From Sphingobacteriales bacterium (GTDB lineage: Bacteria > Bacteroidota > Bacteroidia > Chitinophagales > JADIYW01), in the NCBI GenBank assembly GCA_947460245.1, contig CANHGL010000002.1:3588-67587 (forward strand): a stretch of DNA of 64,000 bases, written 5' to 3'. Shown one piece after another: positions 47,488 to 57,205 of this stretch (the first letter of the stretch is position 1; each line of letters starts with the position of its first letter). The notes beneath the pieces are model-generated. The model searched no databases and had not been told where the DNA came from. It saw only the letters and a list, made by a program, of their open reading frames with translations. The position numbers and the translations under genes were made by a program.

Positions 47488-48219
47488 TTATGGGATAAAT
47501 TTATAGCCGATACCTCTTACGGTCTCAATATGTTGTTTGCCGAGTTTTTTTCTCAGTTTTTTGATATGAGTGTCAATATTGCGATCCCCTACAATAATAT
47601 CATCTCCCCATACTTTCAAAAGTATGAAGTTGCGTTTGAAAACTTTTCCCGGTCTGGAACACAATAGCACCACCAACTGAAACTCCTTTTTGGATAACTT
47701 AAGCGGTTCTCCCTTTTTGAATATCATAAATTGCTCTTCATCAATCTCAATATTGCCAAACTTCTTAATTTCCTTGGTTTCTTCTGTTTTTTCATAACAT
47801 CTGCGAAGAAGTGCTTTTATACGGTGTGAAAAGAGTCTGGATTTGGATGTTTTAGCAATAAATTCATCAGCGCCTGCTTCAAATGCAGTAATCTGAATGA
47901 AATCATCTGAACGGTTAGAGAGGAATACAATCGGTAGTTTTAATAGACTGTTGTCTGCTCTAAGATCCCAACATACTTCTATGCCATCCCCATCATTTAA
48001 GTCTACTTCGAGGATAACAAGGTCGGGCTTTTCTTTTTTTATGGTAGCCACTAGATCTTTGGTTTTGGTGACTTCAGTGAATCGATACAATTCCGTTTTG
48101 AAGCACTTAATAGTATGTTCTATACTCGATTTGTCTTTATCAGCAATGAGTATATGATATTTCTTATCCTGAGGATTTTTAATTTCCATAAATTCTTTAT
48201 CACTACTAATATATTTCAT
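47488..48219 (-). CDS. OmpR/PhoB-type response regulator (REC plus winged-helix)
   Basis: 243 aa. The REC domain has PDLVILEVDLNDGDG. The C-terminal trans_reg_C part reads LSKKEFQLVVLL...NIDTHIKKLRKKL...IETVRGIGYKF. There is no adjacent histidine kinase. Confidence 0.85.
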   Translation of the reverse strand: MKYISSDKEFMEIKNPQDKKYHILIADKDKSSIEHTIKCFKTELYRFTEVTKTKDLVATIKKEKPDLVILEVDLNDGDGIEVCWDLRADNSLLKLPIVFLSNRSDDFIQITAFEAGADEFIAKTSKSRLFSHRIKALLRRCYEKTEETKEIKKFGNIEIDEEQFMIFKKGEPLKLSKKEFQLVVLLCSRPGKVFKRNFILLKVWGDDIIVGDRNIDTHIKKLRKKLGKQHIETVRGIGYKFIP

Positions 48220-48429
48220 ATTAATTGCAAGTTACTATAATCTGTAAAAAACTACTTGAAAAATACACACAAATAACATTAATCTTATAGATAATAGATT
48301 GATTACAAGCGTTTTTTTGTTTTTTTGAGTTTAGGAACGATTATTGTCGTTAAATGTCCGAAGGTGGGCTGAATTTTTAGTTTATCTTTGAACTATATCT
48401 TAAGTTTCATTGTTACAATAAAAAATATT

Positions 48430-49020
48430 ATGAAAAACAAATCTATTAGTTTCCTTTTGTTGTCTTTAACCTTCTCTCTGTTTACAATAGGATGTAACGC
48501 TAAGTCTAACAATACTGAGGTAACAGGCTCTGGAAAAACAGTTTATGATTTTACCATGAAGGACATAGACGGAAACAGTATTCCGCTTTCAAAATATAAG
48601 GGAAAGGTACTGGTTATTGTTAATACGGCTAGTCAATGTGGTTTAGTAGGTCAGTTTGAAGAGATAGAAAATTTCTATAAAAAATACAAAGATAAAGGGG
48701 TAGTGGTTTTAGGATTTCCTGCTAATAATTTTTTAGGTCAGGAGCCACTTTCTAATACTGAGATAAAATCTTTTTGTACGAAAAATTATGGAGTTACTTT
48801 TCCTATGTTTTCCAAGATTTCAGTTAAAGGAAATGATATAGATCCTTTATACAAATACCTTACCAATAAATCTGAGAATGGTGTTTTAGATGCTCCCATA
48901 AAATGGAACTATCAAAAATTTATTATAGATAAAAATGGTAATGTTGCTGTTTCACTTAGTCCTCGAACCAGTGTGAATGATCAGGATTTTTTACAAAGTT
49001 TAGAAGATGTACTTAAATAA
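48430..49020 (+). CDS. Glutathione peroxidase family protein with lipoprotein-type signal
   Basis: NTASQCGLVGQF (Cys-type active site), GFPANNFLGQEP and WNYQKFIIDKNG. The signal is MKNKSISFLLLSLTFSLFTIGC. The ATG at 48430 is preferred to TTG 48388. Confidence 0.9.
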   Translation: MKNKSISFLLLSLTFSLFTIGCNAKSNNTEVTGSGKTVYDFTMKDIDGNSIPLSKYKGKVLVIVNTASQCGLVGQFEEIENFYKKYKDKGVVVLGFPANNFLGQEPLSNTEIKSFCTKNYGVTFPMFSKISVKGNDIDPLYKYLTNKSENGVLDAPIKWNYQKFIIDKNGNVAVSLSPRTSVNDQDFLQSLEDVLK

Positions 49021-49042
49021 GTAGTTTTCTTCTTAATACATT

Positions 49043-49071
49043 AAGACCCGGAAGTGTTTGGGTCTTTTTTT
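49043..49071 (+). terminator. Rho-independent terminator after the glutathione peroxidase gene
   Basis: AAGACCC-(10 nt)-GGGTCTT followed by a T-run, 22 nt after the stop. Confidence 0.75.
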
Positions 49072-49083
49072 ATTTCCATAGAA

Positions 49084-49818
49084 ATGTTATTGCAGCGATC
49101 CATTATTTTTCGTCCTAAACGTTTACCTGAAGAGCATATCTTTCAAGGGAAATACCCTTTGGTTGAATATTTTTTTGACTTCGAAGTTGAAGGAAATAAA
49201 TTTTTGATTAATGCAGTTCATATTAAAGCCCTTCACTCCAAGGGGCTTGTTTTCTTTTTGCATGGAACTGTAAATCATATACAATATCATCTCCCTAAGG
49301 CAGATTTTTTCATAGAATTAGGATATGATGTTGTGATGATAGATTACCCGAAGTATGGTAAGAGCAAGGGTAATCTTACAGAAAGATTACTGCATATAGT
49401 AGTGGAACTTTCGTATCAAAAAACATTAGAGAAAATTGGTTATCCAAAATCTGTTGTTTTATATGGCAGATCTTTAGGTACCGCATTGGCAAGTAATTTG
49501 GCAACAAAGGTTCATCCTGATAAACTTATTCTTGTCTCTCCTTATTTTAGTATGCCGGATTTATTTAATCATAAATTAAAACTGTTGTCTTTTAAGAGAC
49601 TGAAATTTAAGTTAGAAAATTTCACTTATCTGCCTTTAGTGAAATGTGATACCTATATTTTTCATGGAATTAATGATAGACTGATACCGATTGAACTGGC
49701 CTGTAAATTAATTCCATTTTTAAATTCTCCGGAATATTTTTTTTCTGTTCCTGGTGCCGATCATTTTAATGTGCATGAAATGTCTTTATACAAAAACACA
49801 TTGAAAGTAATACTCTAG
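49084..49818 (+). CDS. Alpha/beta-fold hydrolase
   Basis: Nucleophile elbow YGRSLGTA (GxSxG), FFLHGTVNH and a C-terminal GADHF. The ATG at 49084 is preferred because GTG 49054 lies inside the upstream terminator hairpin. Confidence 0.7.
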   Translation: MLLQRSIIFRPKRLPEEHIFQGKYPLVEYFFDFEVEGNKFLINAVHIKALHSKGLVFFLHGTVNHIQYHLPKADFFIELGYDVVMIDYPKYGKSKGNLTERLLHIVVELSYQKTLEKIGYPKSVVLYGRSLGTALASNLATKVHPDKLILVSPYFSMPDLFNHKLKLLSFKRLKFKLENFTYLPLVKCDTYIFHGINDRLIPIELACKLIPFLNSPEYFFSVPGADHFNVHEMSLYKNTLKVIL

Positions 49819-49960
49819 TTTTTCTATTTATTTAAAGATTTTTTGGTTCTGTTATGGAATCCTGTCTATTGTTGTCTCTCAATGGTGAAACTCGGGATAA
49901 AGTGAATTATAATTTTAGTCCTGAAGATTAAAATAATTGTTTACCACTTAAATTAAAATT

Positions 49961-50299
49961 ATGTCAACCATTAGAAATCAGGTTCAGTTGATCGGCAACT
50001 TAGGAAAAAAACCGGAAATCAAAATTTTTGGAGAGGACAAAAAGATGGCCATCTTCAGTATCGCAACATCAGACTATTATTATGATGCGAAAGGCGAACG
50101 TCAGCAGCAAACGCAATGGCACAATGTAGTAGCTTGGGGTAAGACTGCTCAGTTAGCAGAATCCTATCTGGATAAAGGCGTGGAGGTTGCTTTGTTGGGT
50201 AAAATAGTTTACCGGCAGTACGACGACAAGGAGGGGAGTAAAAAATATATTACAGAGGTTGTCGCCAATGAAATATTGCTTTTGAACAAGAAAAATTAA
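49961..50299 (+). CDS. ssb: Single-stranded DNA-binding protein (short, no acidic tail)
   Basis: 112-aa OB fold with NQVQLIGNLGKKPEI, WHNVVAWGKTAE-like WHNVVAWGKTAQLAE. It ends ...EILLLNKKN without a DDDIPF-type tip. Confidence 0.85.
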   Translation: MSTIRNQVQLIGNLGKKPEIKIFGEDKKMAIFSIATSDYYYDAKGERQQQTQWHNVVAWGKTAQLAESYLDKGVEVALLGKIVYRQYDDKEGSKKYITEVVANEILLLNKKN

Positions 50300-50316
50300 G
50301 GGTTTAGTTGGTAAAT

Positions 50317-50355
50317 GGCCCTGCACTATTTATTTGGTGTGGGGTCATTGCTTTT
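50317..50355 (+). terminator. Possible terminator after ssb
   Basis: GGCCCTGCAC-(10 nt)-GTGTGGGGTC forms a 10-bp stem with three G-U pairs, followed by ATTGCTTTTA. The U-tract is weak. Confidence 0.35.
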
Positions 50356-50439
50356 ATAGGTTTGCTTATCTGTTATTAAAAAGGGTTTTCAGAACAAAAA
50401 TCACTTTTAGATGTTTTTATTTTTTTATACCTTTAAAAA

Positions 50440-51039
50440 ATGGACGACATGTTAAACAACAATGGAAAGGTCATGGAGACGAATGCAGACCTGGAAAATC
50501 ATTATAGAGAAATTCTTAATCTCTTAGGGCAAGATGCTACTCGTGAGGGTTTGATAAAGACTCCACAAAGAGTTGCGAAGGCGATGCAATACATCACCTC
50601 TGGTTATTCTATAGATCCGATTGAAATTATAAAATCTGCTATTTTTAATGAAGATCATAAAGAGATGGTTATAGTTAAGGATATTGAATTATATTCTATG
50701 TGTGAGCACCATATGCTACCTTTCTTTGGGAAAGCACATGTCGCTTATATTCCAGATGGTAAGATTACGGGTTTAAGTAAAATTGCGCGGGTGGTAGATG
50801 CATTTGCGCGCAGATTACAGGTTCAGGAGAGACTCACTATACAGATTAGGGATTGTATTCAAGATGCTTTAAACCCATTAGGGGTAGCTGTTGTAATAGA
50901 AGCTAAGCATATGTGTATGATGATGAGAGGGGTTCAGAAACAGAATTCTACAACTACAACATCAGCATTTACCGGAGAGTTTGAAAAACAAGCTACCCGC
51001 TCTGAATTTGTTAAGCTCATAAGTTCAAGATTGTCATAG
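50440..51039 (+). CDS. folE: GTP cyclohydrolase I (FolE type 1)
   Basis: 199 aa with [30 protein letters not shown] and [11 protein letters not shown]. Confidence 0.95.
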   Translation: MDDMLNNNGKVMETNADLENHYREILNLLGQDATREGLIKTPQRVAKAMQYITSGYSIDPIEIIKSAIFNEDHKEMVIVKDIELYSMCEHHMLPFFGKAHVAYIPDGKITGLSKIARVVDAFARRLQVQERLTIQIRDCIQDALNPLGVAVVIEAKHMCMMMRGVQKQNSTTTTSAFTGEFEKQATRSEFVKLISSRLS

Positions 51040-51145
51040 TCTTATTTCTTTTTCAAATTGGCTCTAGGAGATTAATATTTATTAATCTTTATCCTTCTAT
51101 TTTTTAGTTTATCTATAGTACTTTTGGGCTAACAAATCATTTAAG

Positions 51146-51550
51146 ATGAAGCGCACACATATAATTGCCTTGGTTTTTGTTGCAGTATTAGTTGCTAGCC
51201 TGACTGTAATGTTAGGTAAGGGATTTAGCAGGTATGAAGATTTTGAATCTGCATATGCTAAAGAAGGTAAAGAATTTACCGTTGTTGGTGTCTTAAACAA
51301 AGAAAAGGGAATAGACTATAATCCAACAGCTGATCCTAATAAGTTTTTTATGTATGTTTTGGATAGCAGGAATATTGAAAAGAAAGTTATTGTTTTTAAA
51401 GCTAAACCAAGAGATATTGAGAAATCGGAGAAAATAGTAATTACAGGTAAGATGAACGATGATGTTTTTGAGGCTACAGATATATTACTTAAATGTCCGT
51501 CCAAATATAAGAACAGAGAGCAACAAGCTAATAGTGGCAGAACGGTATAA
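51146..51550 (+). CDS. ccmE: CcmE-like cytochrome c maturation heme chaperone, CxxxY variant
   Basis: 134 aa with an N-terminal membrane anchor and an OB-like body. The C-terminal DILLKCPSKYK aligns with E. coli VLAKHDENY, with Cys replacing the heme-binding His. It lies directly upstream of a CcmF-like gene. Confidence 0.7.
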   Translation: MKRTHIIALVFVAVLVASLTVMLGKGFSRYEDFESAYAKEGKEFTVVGVLNKEKGIDYNPTADPNKFFMYVLDSRNIEKKVIVFKAKPRDIEKSEKIVITGKMNDDVFEATDILLKCPSKYKNREQQANSGRTV

Positions 51551-51567
51551 ATAAACTTTAATAATTA

Positions 51568-53973
51568 ATGGATATTCACTCATTAGGTCAGCATGTCTTG
51601 TTTGGTAAGCTTGGTCACTTTTTAATTATTCTTTCTTTTGTTACTTCTTTAGCTGCGGCTATTTCTTTTTTTTTAGCAACGAGATTACAGCATACTATTG
51701 ATGTTTCTAATTCCTGGATAAGTTTTGGAAGAAAATTATTTATCCTGCATGCTGTTGCTGTATTGGGAATCCTGATTTGTCTGCTTACTATTATTCACGG
51801 TCACTATTTTGAATATAAATATGTTTGGGAACATACTTCTAAATCTTTACCAATTTACTATCAGTTCTCGGCCATGTGGAGTGGTCAGGAGGGGAGTACA
51901 TTACTGTGGATGTTTTGGCATGCAGTTTTGGGTTGTATTTTAATTTTTAAAGCTAAAGAATGGGAAGGACCAGTCTTAAGTATTGTTGCTCTTGCTCAGG
52001 TTTTATTGGGATCAATGTTGTTAGGAGTTTATATTCTTGACTACAGACTTGGTTCAAATCCATTTGCCCTGATGAAGGATGTGATGAATATCCCGATATA
52101 CAGGATGAATCCTGATTGGGTTGCGGAAGATGGTACCGGATTGAATCCATCCTTACAGAATTATTGGATGGTAATACATCCACCTACCTTATTTCTTGGA
52201 TTCGCAGCATGTACTATACCAGCTGCTTTTGCGATTGCTTCTCTTTGGCAAAGAAAATTTACAGAGTGGGTGAAGCCAGTTCTTCCATGGAGTCTTTTTG
52301 CGCTTATGGTTTTGGGAACGGGCGTATTGATGGGAGGTGCGTGGGCTTATGAGGCATTGAGTTTTGGAGGTTTTTGGGCATGGGATCCGGTAGAAAATGC
52401 TTCCTTGGTGCCATGGTTAGTATTGGCAGCAGGTATTCATACGCTATTAGCTTATAAGCACACTGGTTATTCTTTACATGCTACCTATATTTTCTTTATC
52501 GGAGCATTTTTATTGGTATTATATTCCTCCTTCTTAACGAAGAGTGGCATCTTGGGAGATGCTTCTGTGCACTCTTTTACAGATATGGGAATGAGCGGAC
52601 AGTTAATAGTTACCGTTTTGGTCTTTTTAATTCCTTCTATTTATTTGTTTGCCGATAGAACGTTCAGAAAAGAAATCCCTGCAAAGCGGGAGGAGGAACA
52701 GCTTTCCTCTCGTGAATTTTGGTTATTTATCGGCTCTTTAATTTTTGTATTTTCAGCTATACATATTATTGTTCTTACATCCTTTCCTGTTATTAATAAA
52801 ATTTTCCAATCTAAATTAGCTCCGCCATCAGATATTAAAAGCCATTACAATAATGTTCAGGTTTGGATGGCCTTGCTGGTTGCTTTGGGGTCAGCAATTA
52901 CTCAGTTTTTTAGCTATAAAAATTCTTCAATAGCAAAAGTGCTACGGCAGTTATTATTCTCTTTTGTAGCAGCAGTGATTTTTGGAGGAATAGCAGTAGT
53001 ATATTTTAAGTTTTACAGAGTGGATTATATTCTGCTTATTGTCTTTAGCTTCTTTTCAGTATTTTCTAATTTACAATATGTATTTAGTGCTTTAAAAGGA
53101 AAATTACTGAAATCAGGGGGTTCGATTTCCCATGTGGGTTTTGCAATTTTGCTGATAGGGATTCTGATTTCTCAGGGTAGACAGGAAGTCCTGTCTGTTA
53201 ATCAGTATGGAATTGATTACGGAAAAGGTTTTACATCTAAAGAGAGCGCAGAGAATGTATTGCTCTATCAGAATGAACCTGCCAATATGGGTAAATATCG
53301 GGTTACTTATTTGGGTGATTCCTTTACTATTAGAAATATTTACTTTAATGTTCGTTATGATGAGTTGGATAAGAAAGGTAATGTGTCAAATTCCTTTACA
53401 CTTCATCCAAATATATTGTTGAATAGTAAGATGGGAAACAACCCAGTTCCTTCAACTCGTAAAACATTATTCAGTGACTTGTATACGCACATAACGTCTG
53501 CTCCATTGAAAGAGGATGGAACGGAAGCAGATTCTATTGTACAAGATACTTATACGATTAGCGTTGGAGATACTATTTCTGCTTCACGTTGTATAGTAGT
53601 TCTGGAGAGTATAGATCCTGATGCACCTATACCTGGATTTCAGAAGAAACCTAGAGATATCGCTATAGGTGCAAGGTTAAAGTTTATAGCTCTGGATACT
53701 ACTTATTATATAGAACCGGTTTATTTTGTTCGGGAAGTTGTAGCCACCAGTATACCAGCTAAAGCTGAAAAGAATAAAGTAAGCTTTTCTGTGATAAAGA
53801 TTTTACCAGAAGAAAATAAACTTCAGATTCTTGTAGAACAACGACTTAACAAGTTCATTATTATGAAGGCGATTCGTTTTCCCTTTATAAATGTTTTATG
53901 GTTGGGTTGTTTTGTTATGATTTTTGGTATTCTGATAAGTATTTTCAAGCGTAAAAAAGATAATCTGCGTTGA
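51568..53973 (+). CDS. ccmF: Cytochrome c biogenesis heme lyase/heme-handling protein (CcmF/CcsA family)
   Basis: 801-aa polytopic protein with the Trp-rich heme-handling motif GGFWAWDPVENASLVPWL and conserved flanking His residues. Confidence 0.8.
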   Translation: MDIHSLGQHVLFGKLGHFLIILSFVTSLAAAISFFLATRLQHTIDVSNSWISFGRKLFILHAVAVLGILICLLTIIHGHYFEYKYVWEHTSKSLPIYYQFSAMWSGQEGSTLLWMFWHAVLGCILIFKAKEWEGPVLSIVALAQVLLGSMLLGVYILDYRLGSNPFALMKDVMNIPIYRMNPDWVAEDGTGLNPSLQNYWMVIHPPTLFLGFAACTIPAAFAIASLWQRKFTEWVKPVLPWSLFALMVLGTGVLMGGAWAYEALSFGGFWAWDPVENASLVPWLVLAAGIHTLLAYKHTGYSLHATYIFFIGAFLLVLYSSFLTKSGILGDASVHSFTDMGMSGQLIVTVLVFLIPSIYLFADRTFRKEIPAKREEEQLSSREFWLFIGSLIFVFSAIHIIVLTSFPVINKIFQSKLAPPSDIKSHYNNVQVWMALLVALGSAITQFFSYKNSSIAKVLRQLLFSFVAAVIFGGIAVVYFKFYRVDYILLIVFSFFSVFSNLQYVFSALKGKLLKSGGSISHVGFAILLIGILISQGRQEVLSVNQYGIDYGKGFTSKESAENVLLYQNEPANMGKYRVTYLGDSFTIRNIYFNVRYDELDKKGNVSNSFTLHPNILLNSKMGNNPVPSTRKTLFSDLYTHITSAPLKEDGTEADSIVQDTYTISVGDTISASRCIVVLESIDPDAPIPGFQKKPRDIAIGARLKFIALDTTYYIEPVYFVREVVATSIPAKAEKNKVSFSVIKILPEENKLQILVEQRLNKFIIMKAIRFPFINVLWLGCFVMIFGILISIFKRKKDNLR

Positions 53974-54764
53974 CTTCTTCCATTCAAAAGATATCATTTA
54001 TAGGTAGTGGTAATGTGGCTACACATTTAGCACAGGCATTTTACAAAGCAGGGATACAGATACATCAAGTATATAGCATGAGTTGTTCAAATGCAGAACA
54101 ACTTTCCAGTAAGATATCAGCCGAATATATTTGTGATATTGAGCGCTTAGATACAAATGTTGATTTAATTGTATTTGCTGTAAAAGATGAGGTTATAAAA
54201 GATCTTTCTGAGTATGTAATTCGTAAGAATCCATTAGTAAAGATGGTACATACTTCCGGTTCAATAGGGTTAGATGTGTTTGAAGGAGCATTAAATGCAG
54301 GCATTTTTTATCCGCTACAGTCATTTTCTAAATCAAAAGAGATGGATATCTCTAAAGTCCCTTTTTTAATAACGACACAAAATACTCTCCTTAGAAATGA
54401 CTTAATAGTATTGGCAGAAACTATAAGTTCAAAGGTTTATGTTTATTCTGAAGATCAGTTGAAGCACTTACATATTGCTGCCGTATTGGTTAATAATTTT
54501 TCTAATCATTTGTTTGCGTTAGCCCAGGATTATTGTAATAAACATCAGTTAGATTATCAATTGTTATTGCCATTGATTCAGGAAACTATTCATAAAATAG
54601 AACAATTTGCTCCTATAGATGCGCAAACCGGTCCGGCCAGAAGGGGTGATTATACAATTATTGAAAATCATTTAAAGACTTTAAGCGAAGAAGAGGAGTC
54701 TTTACATAAGATTTATAAATTATTTTCAGATTCTATACTGAACATGTATCAATTGAAATCCTGA
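53970..54764 (+). CDS. Rossmann-fold/DUF2520-like oxidoreductase-family protein
   Basis: 264 aa with the N-terminal dinucleotide fold ISFIGSGNVATHLAQAF and a C-terminal helical domain with GPARRGD. The TTG start overlaps the ccmF stop by 4 nt. Confidence 0.6.
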   Translation: MTSSIQKISFIGSGNVATHLAQAFYKAGIQIHQVYSMSCSNAEQLSSKISAEYICDIERLDTNVDLIVFAVKDEVIKDLSEYVIRKNPLVKMVHTSGSIGLDVFEGALNAGIFYPLQSFSKSKEMDISKVPFLITTQNTLLRNDLIVLAETISSKVYVYSEDQLKHLHIAAVLVNNFSNHLFALAQDYCNKHQLDYQLLLPLIQETIHKIEQFAPIDAQTGPARRGDYTIIENHLKTLSEEEESLHKIYKLFSDSILNMYQLKS

Positions 54765-54775
54765 TATTTTAGATT

Positions 54776-57157
54776 ATGAATATCTTTCCTAAGAATGTTC
54801 CCGATAAATTAGATTTCCCTTTTATTTTAAAAGAGTTGGAGCATCTCTGTGTTGGATCTTTAGGAAGACAGTTGCTTTTCCGTCATACTTTTATTTCAGA
54901 TAGAGAGGAGCTTCAGCGTCAGCTGAGTTATGTAAAAGAGTTTAAGGAGATTATTGTAAATGATAAGCAGCTGCCTCAATATGGATTTGATGAAATGCCT
55001 TTTCTCAGTAAACTTCATATAGAGAATTACTATCTGGATACCAGAGAATTATTGTCACTTTTTCATACTTTGAGTTCAGTTTTAGAAGTTGCTCGTTATT
55101 TTTCAAATAAATCGAGACAAGCTTTGTATCCCTATCTTACAAATATGATAGGTCGTTACAATTTTGAATTTGCTATTGTTGAGCAAATAGCTGCAGTACT
55201 TGATATTGATAAAGAACAGATAAAAGAGCATGCAACGCCTGAATTGTCTAAAATCAGAAAGCAAATCAGAGAACAAATACAGGAAATTAATGCTGTGTTC
55301 AGAAGAGTAATCCAAGAATACAAGCAGAATAATATACTGGCTGAAACTGAAGAAACCATCCGTGATGGAAGACGTGTATTGTCAGTACGGTCTGAGTTTA
55401 AAAGAACAATTAAGGGACTGATCGTTGATGAAAGTGAAAATGGAAATATTACTTATATAGAACCGGAGCAGACTGTTTTTTTAAATAATAAACTCACAGA
55501 GCTATACCTGGATGAACGGAGGGAGATCCAAAAAATATTAATTGACCTTACAAATAAAATAAGGCCTCACAAGGAGAATATTGAATCTTTTCAGGTTTTA
55601 ATGGCGGAGCTGGATGTTATTAGATCTAAAGCATATTTTGCGGTTAACTACAATTGTAATATGCCTTTATTATCCAAAGACAGAAAGCTATATCTGCGTG
55701 ATTTTATTCACCCGGTTCTTTATCATCATCACCAGAAAGCAAAAAAGCCAATTGTCGAAAATTCTATTCTATTGGATGAGAAGAATAGGATATTGGTTAT
55801 TTCAGGTCCAAATGCAGGAGGTAAATCAATTGTTTTAAAGTCGGTAGGTCTATTGCAGTTGATGTTGCAATTTGGTATGCTAATTCCAGCAAAGGAAAAT
55901 TCAGAAATGTCTTTGTTTGACAATCTATTTGTAGATATTGGCGATGAGCAGTCTATCGAAAACGACTTAAGTACATACAGTTCTCATTTGTCAAACATGC
56001 AGTACTTTACTTCTAAAGCTAATTCAAGCACCTTGGTATTAATCGATGAGATGGGCATGGGAACTGATCCTGCATTAGGAGGTCCAATGGCGGAAGCTGT
56101 TTTGGAGTGTTTGCATCAGAAGAGTGTATTGGGTGTTGTGACTACACATTTTAATAATCTGAAGATATATGCTACAGAAACATCCAACATGCAGAGTGGA
56201 GCAATGGCATTCGATATAAAAAATTTAAAACCTTTATTTCAACTTCAGGTAGGACAGCCTGGTAGTTCCTTTACATTTGAGATCGCCCTAAAAAGTGGCC
56301 TACAGGAGTCAATTGTAAAAAAAGCAGAATTGATGGTAGGGGATAAAAAAGTTTTAGATGATGTGTTAGGTGATATTCAGGTGGAGCGTCAATATATAAA
56401 AGGGCTAAGAAAGAATGTTCAAGTAAAGGAGGCTCAATTAGACGGGCTAACAAAAAGCTACGAGCAACTGAATAAGGAATTAGAAAAAGAAAAGAAACGT
56501 CTGCTTAAGCAGTTTGAGTCAAGGCTATTGGAACGATTTAATGAAGAAAGCAGAAATCTGGAAAATGAGATGCGCGCATGGAAAGAAGAGAAGGCAGATA
56601 AAGATAAGTTTTTGAAGACCCGTCATTATATAGATAAAAATAGAAATGAAATAGAGCAGAAGTTGGATGATCAGTCGCAAGTCGTTGTCCCATCCGGGCT
56701 ATCCGAAATTACTGTTGGTTCAAGAGTTAGATTAGATGAGGGCAGCGAGGTAGGTGTAGTTGCAGAGCTGAAAAATAAAATGGCTGTCATTGCTTTTGGC
56801 AATATACAAACGAAGGTTAATATCCAGCATCTAGTTCATATTGCATCGGCACCAAAAGTAGATTTATCTCCCGTTAAATCGTTTGCCTCTAAAATAATTA
56901 TAGAGAAAAGTCAATTCGACTATAATTTAGATATAAGGGGTTTAATGAAGGATGAAGCGCTTATTGCTTTAGATAATTTTATGGACAGGGCGGTGATGTA
57001 TGGCATACATCAATTGAAGATTATTCATGGCCGTGGCACGGGCGCTCTTAGGCAGGCAGTGCAGTTTTATCTTAAGGGATATCCGCATGTTAAATCCTTC
57101 CATTATGAAAGTGACCAATTTGGAGGTGATGGCATAACGATTGTGGAAATGAAATGA
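54776..57157 (+). CDS. mutS2: Endonuclease MutS2 (MutS ATPase plus C-terminal Smr domain)
   Basis: 793 aa with Walker A ISGPNAGGKS, LIDEMGMGTDP, a coiled-coil region and a C-terminal Smr domain (LDIRGLMKDEAL...IIHGRGTGALR). Confidence 0.95.
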   Translation: MNIFPKNVPDKLDFPFILKELEHLCVGSLGRQLLFRHTFISDREELQRQLSYVKEFKEIIVNDKQLPQYGFDEMPFLSKLHIENYYLDTRELLSLFHTLSSVLEVARYFSNKSRQALYPYLTNMIGRYNFEFAIVEQIAAVLDIDKEQIKEHATPELSKIRKQIREQIQEINAVFRRVIQEYKQNNILAETEETIRDGRRVLSVRSEFKRTIKGLIVDESENGNITYIEPEQTVFLNNKLTELYLDERREIQKILIDLTNKIRPHKENIESFQVLMAELDVIRSKAYFAVNYNCNMPLLSKDRKLYLRDFIHPVLYHHHQKAKKPIVENSILLDEKNRILVISGPNAGGKSIVLKSVGLLQLMLQFGMLIPAKENSEMSLFDNLFVDIGDEQSIENDLSTYSSHLSNMQYFTSKANSSTLVLIDEMGMGTDPALGGPMAEAVLECLHQKSVLGVVTTHFNNLKIYATETSNMQSGAMAFDIKNLKPLFQLQVGQPGSSFTFEIALKSGLQESIVKKAELMVGDKKVLDDVLGDIQVERQYIKGLRKNVQVKEAQLDGLTKSYEQLNKELEKEKKRLLKQFESRLLERFNEESRNLENEMRAWKEEKADKDKFLKTRHYIDKNRNEIEQKLDDQSQVVVPSGLSEITVGSRVRLDEGSEVGVVAELKNKMAVIAFGNIQTKVNIQHLVHIASAPKVDLSPVKSFASKIIIEKSQFDYNLDIRGLMKDEALIALDNFMDRAVMYGIHQLKIIHGRGTGALRQAVQFYLKGYPHVKSFHYESDQFGGDGITIVEMK

Positions 57158-57205
57158 TGAATTTTTTCTACTAAAATCCTATATTTATACTAAATCTGAC
57201 CCTTT

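Noticed and set aside
49054-49083. GTG start for the alpha/beta hydrolase
   Set aside because: It lies within the stem-loop and T-run of the upstream terminator. The ATG at 49084 follows it.
50300-50439. Possible riboswitch or leader upstream of folE
   Set aside because: I could find no conserved-looking helices or a known THF/preQ1-type core. The region is simply AT-rich, with a probable ssb terminator.
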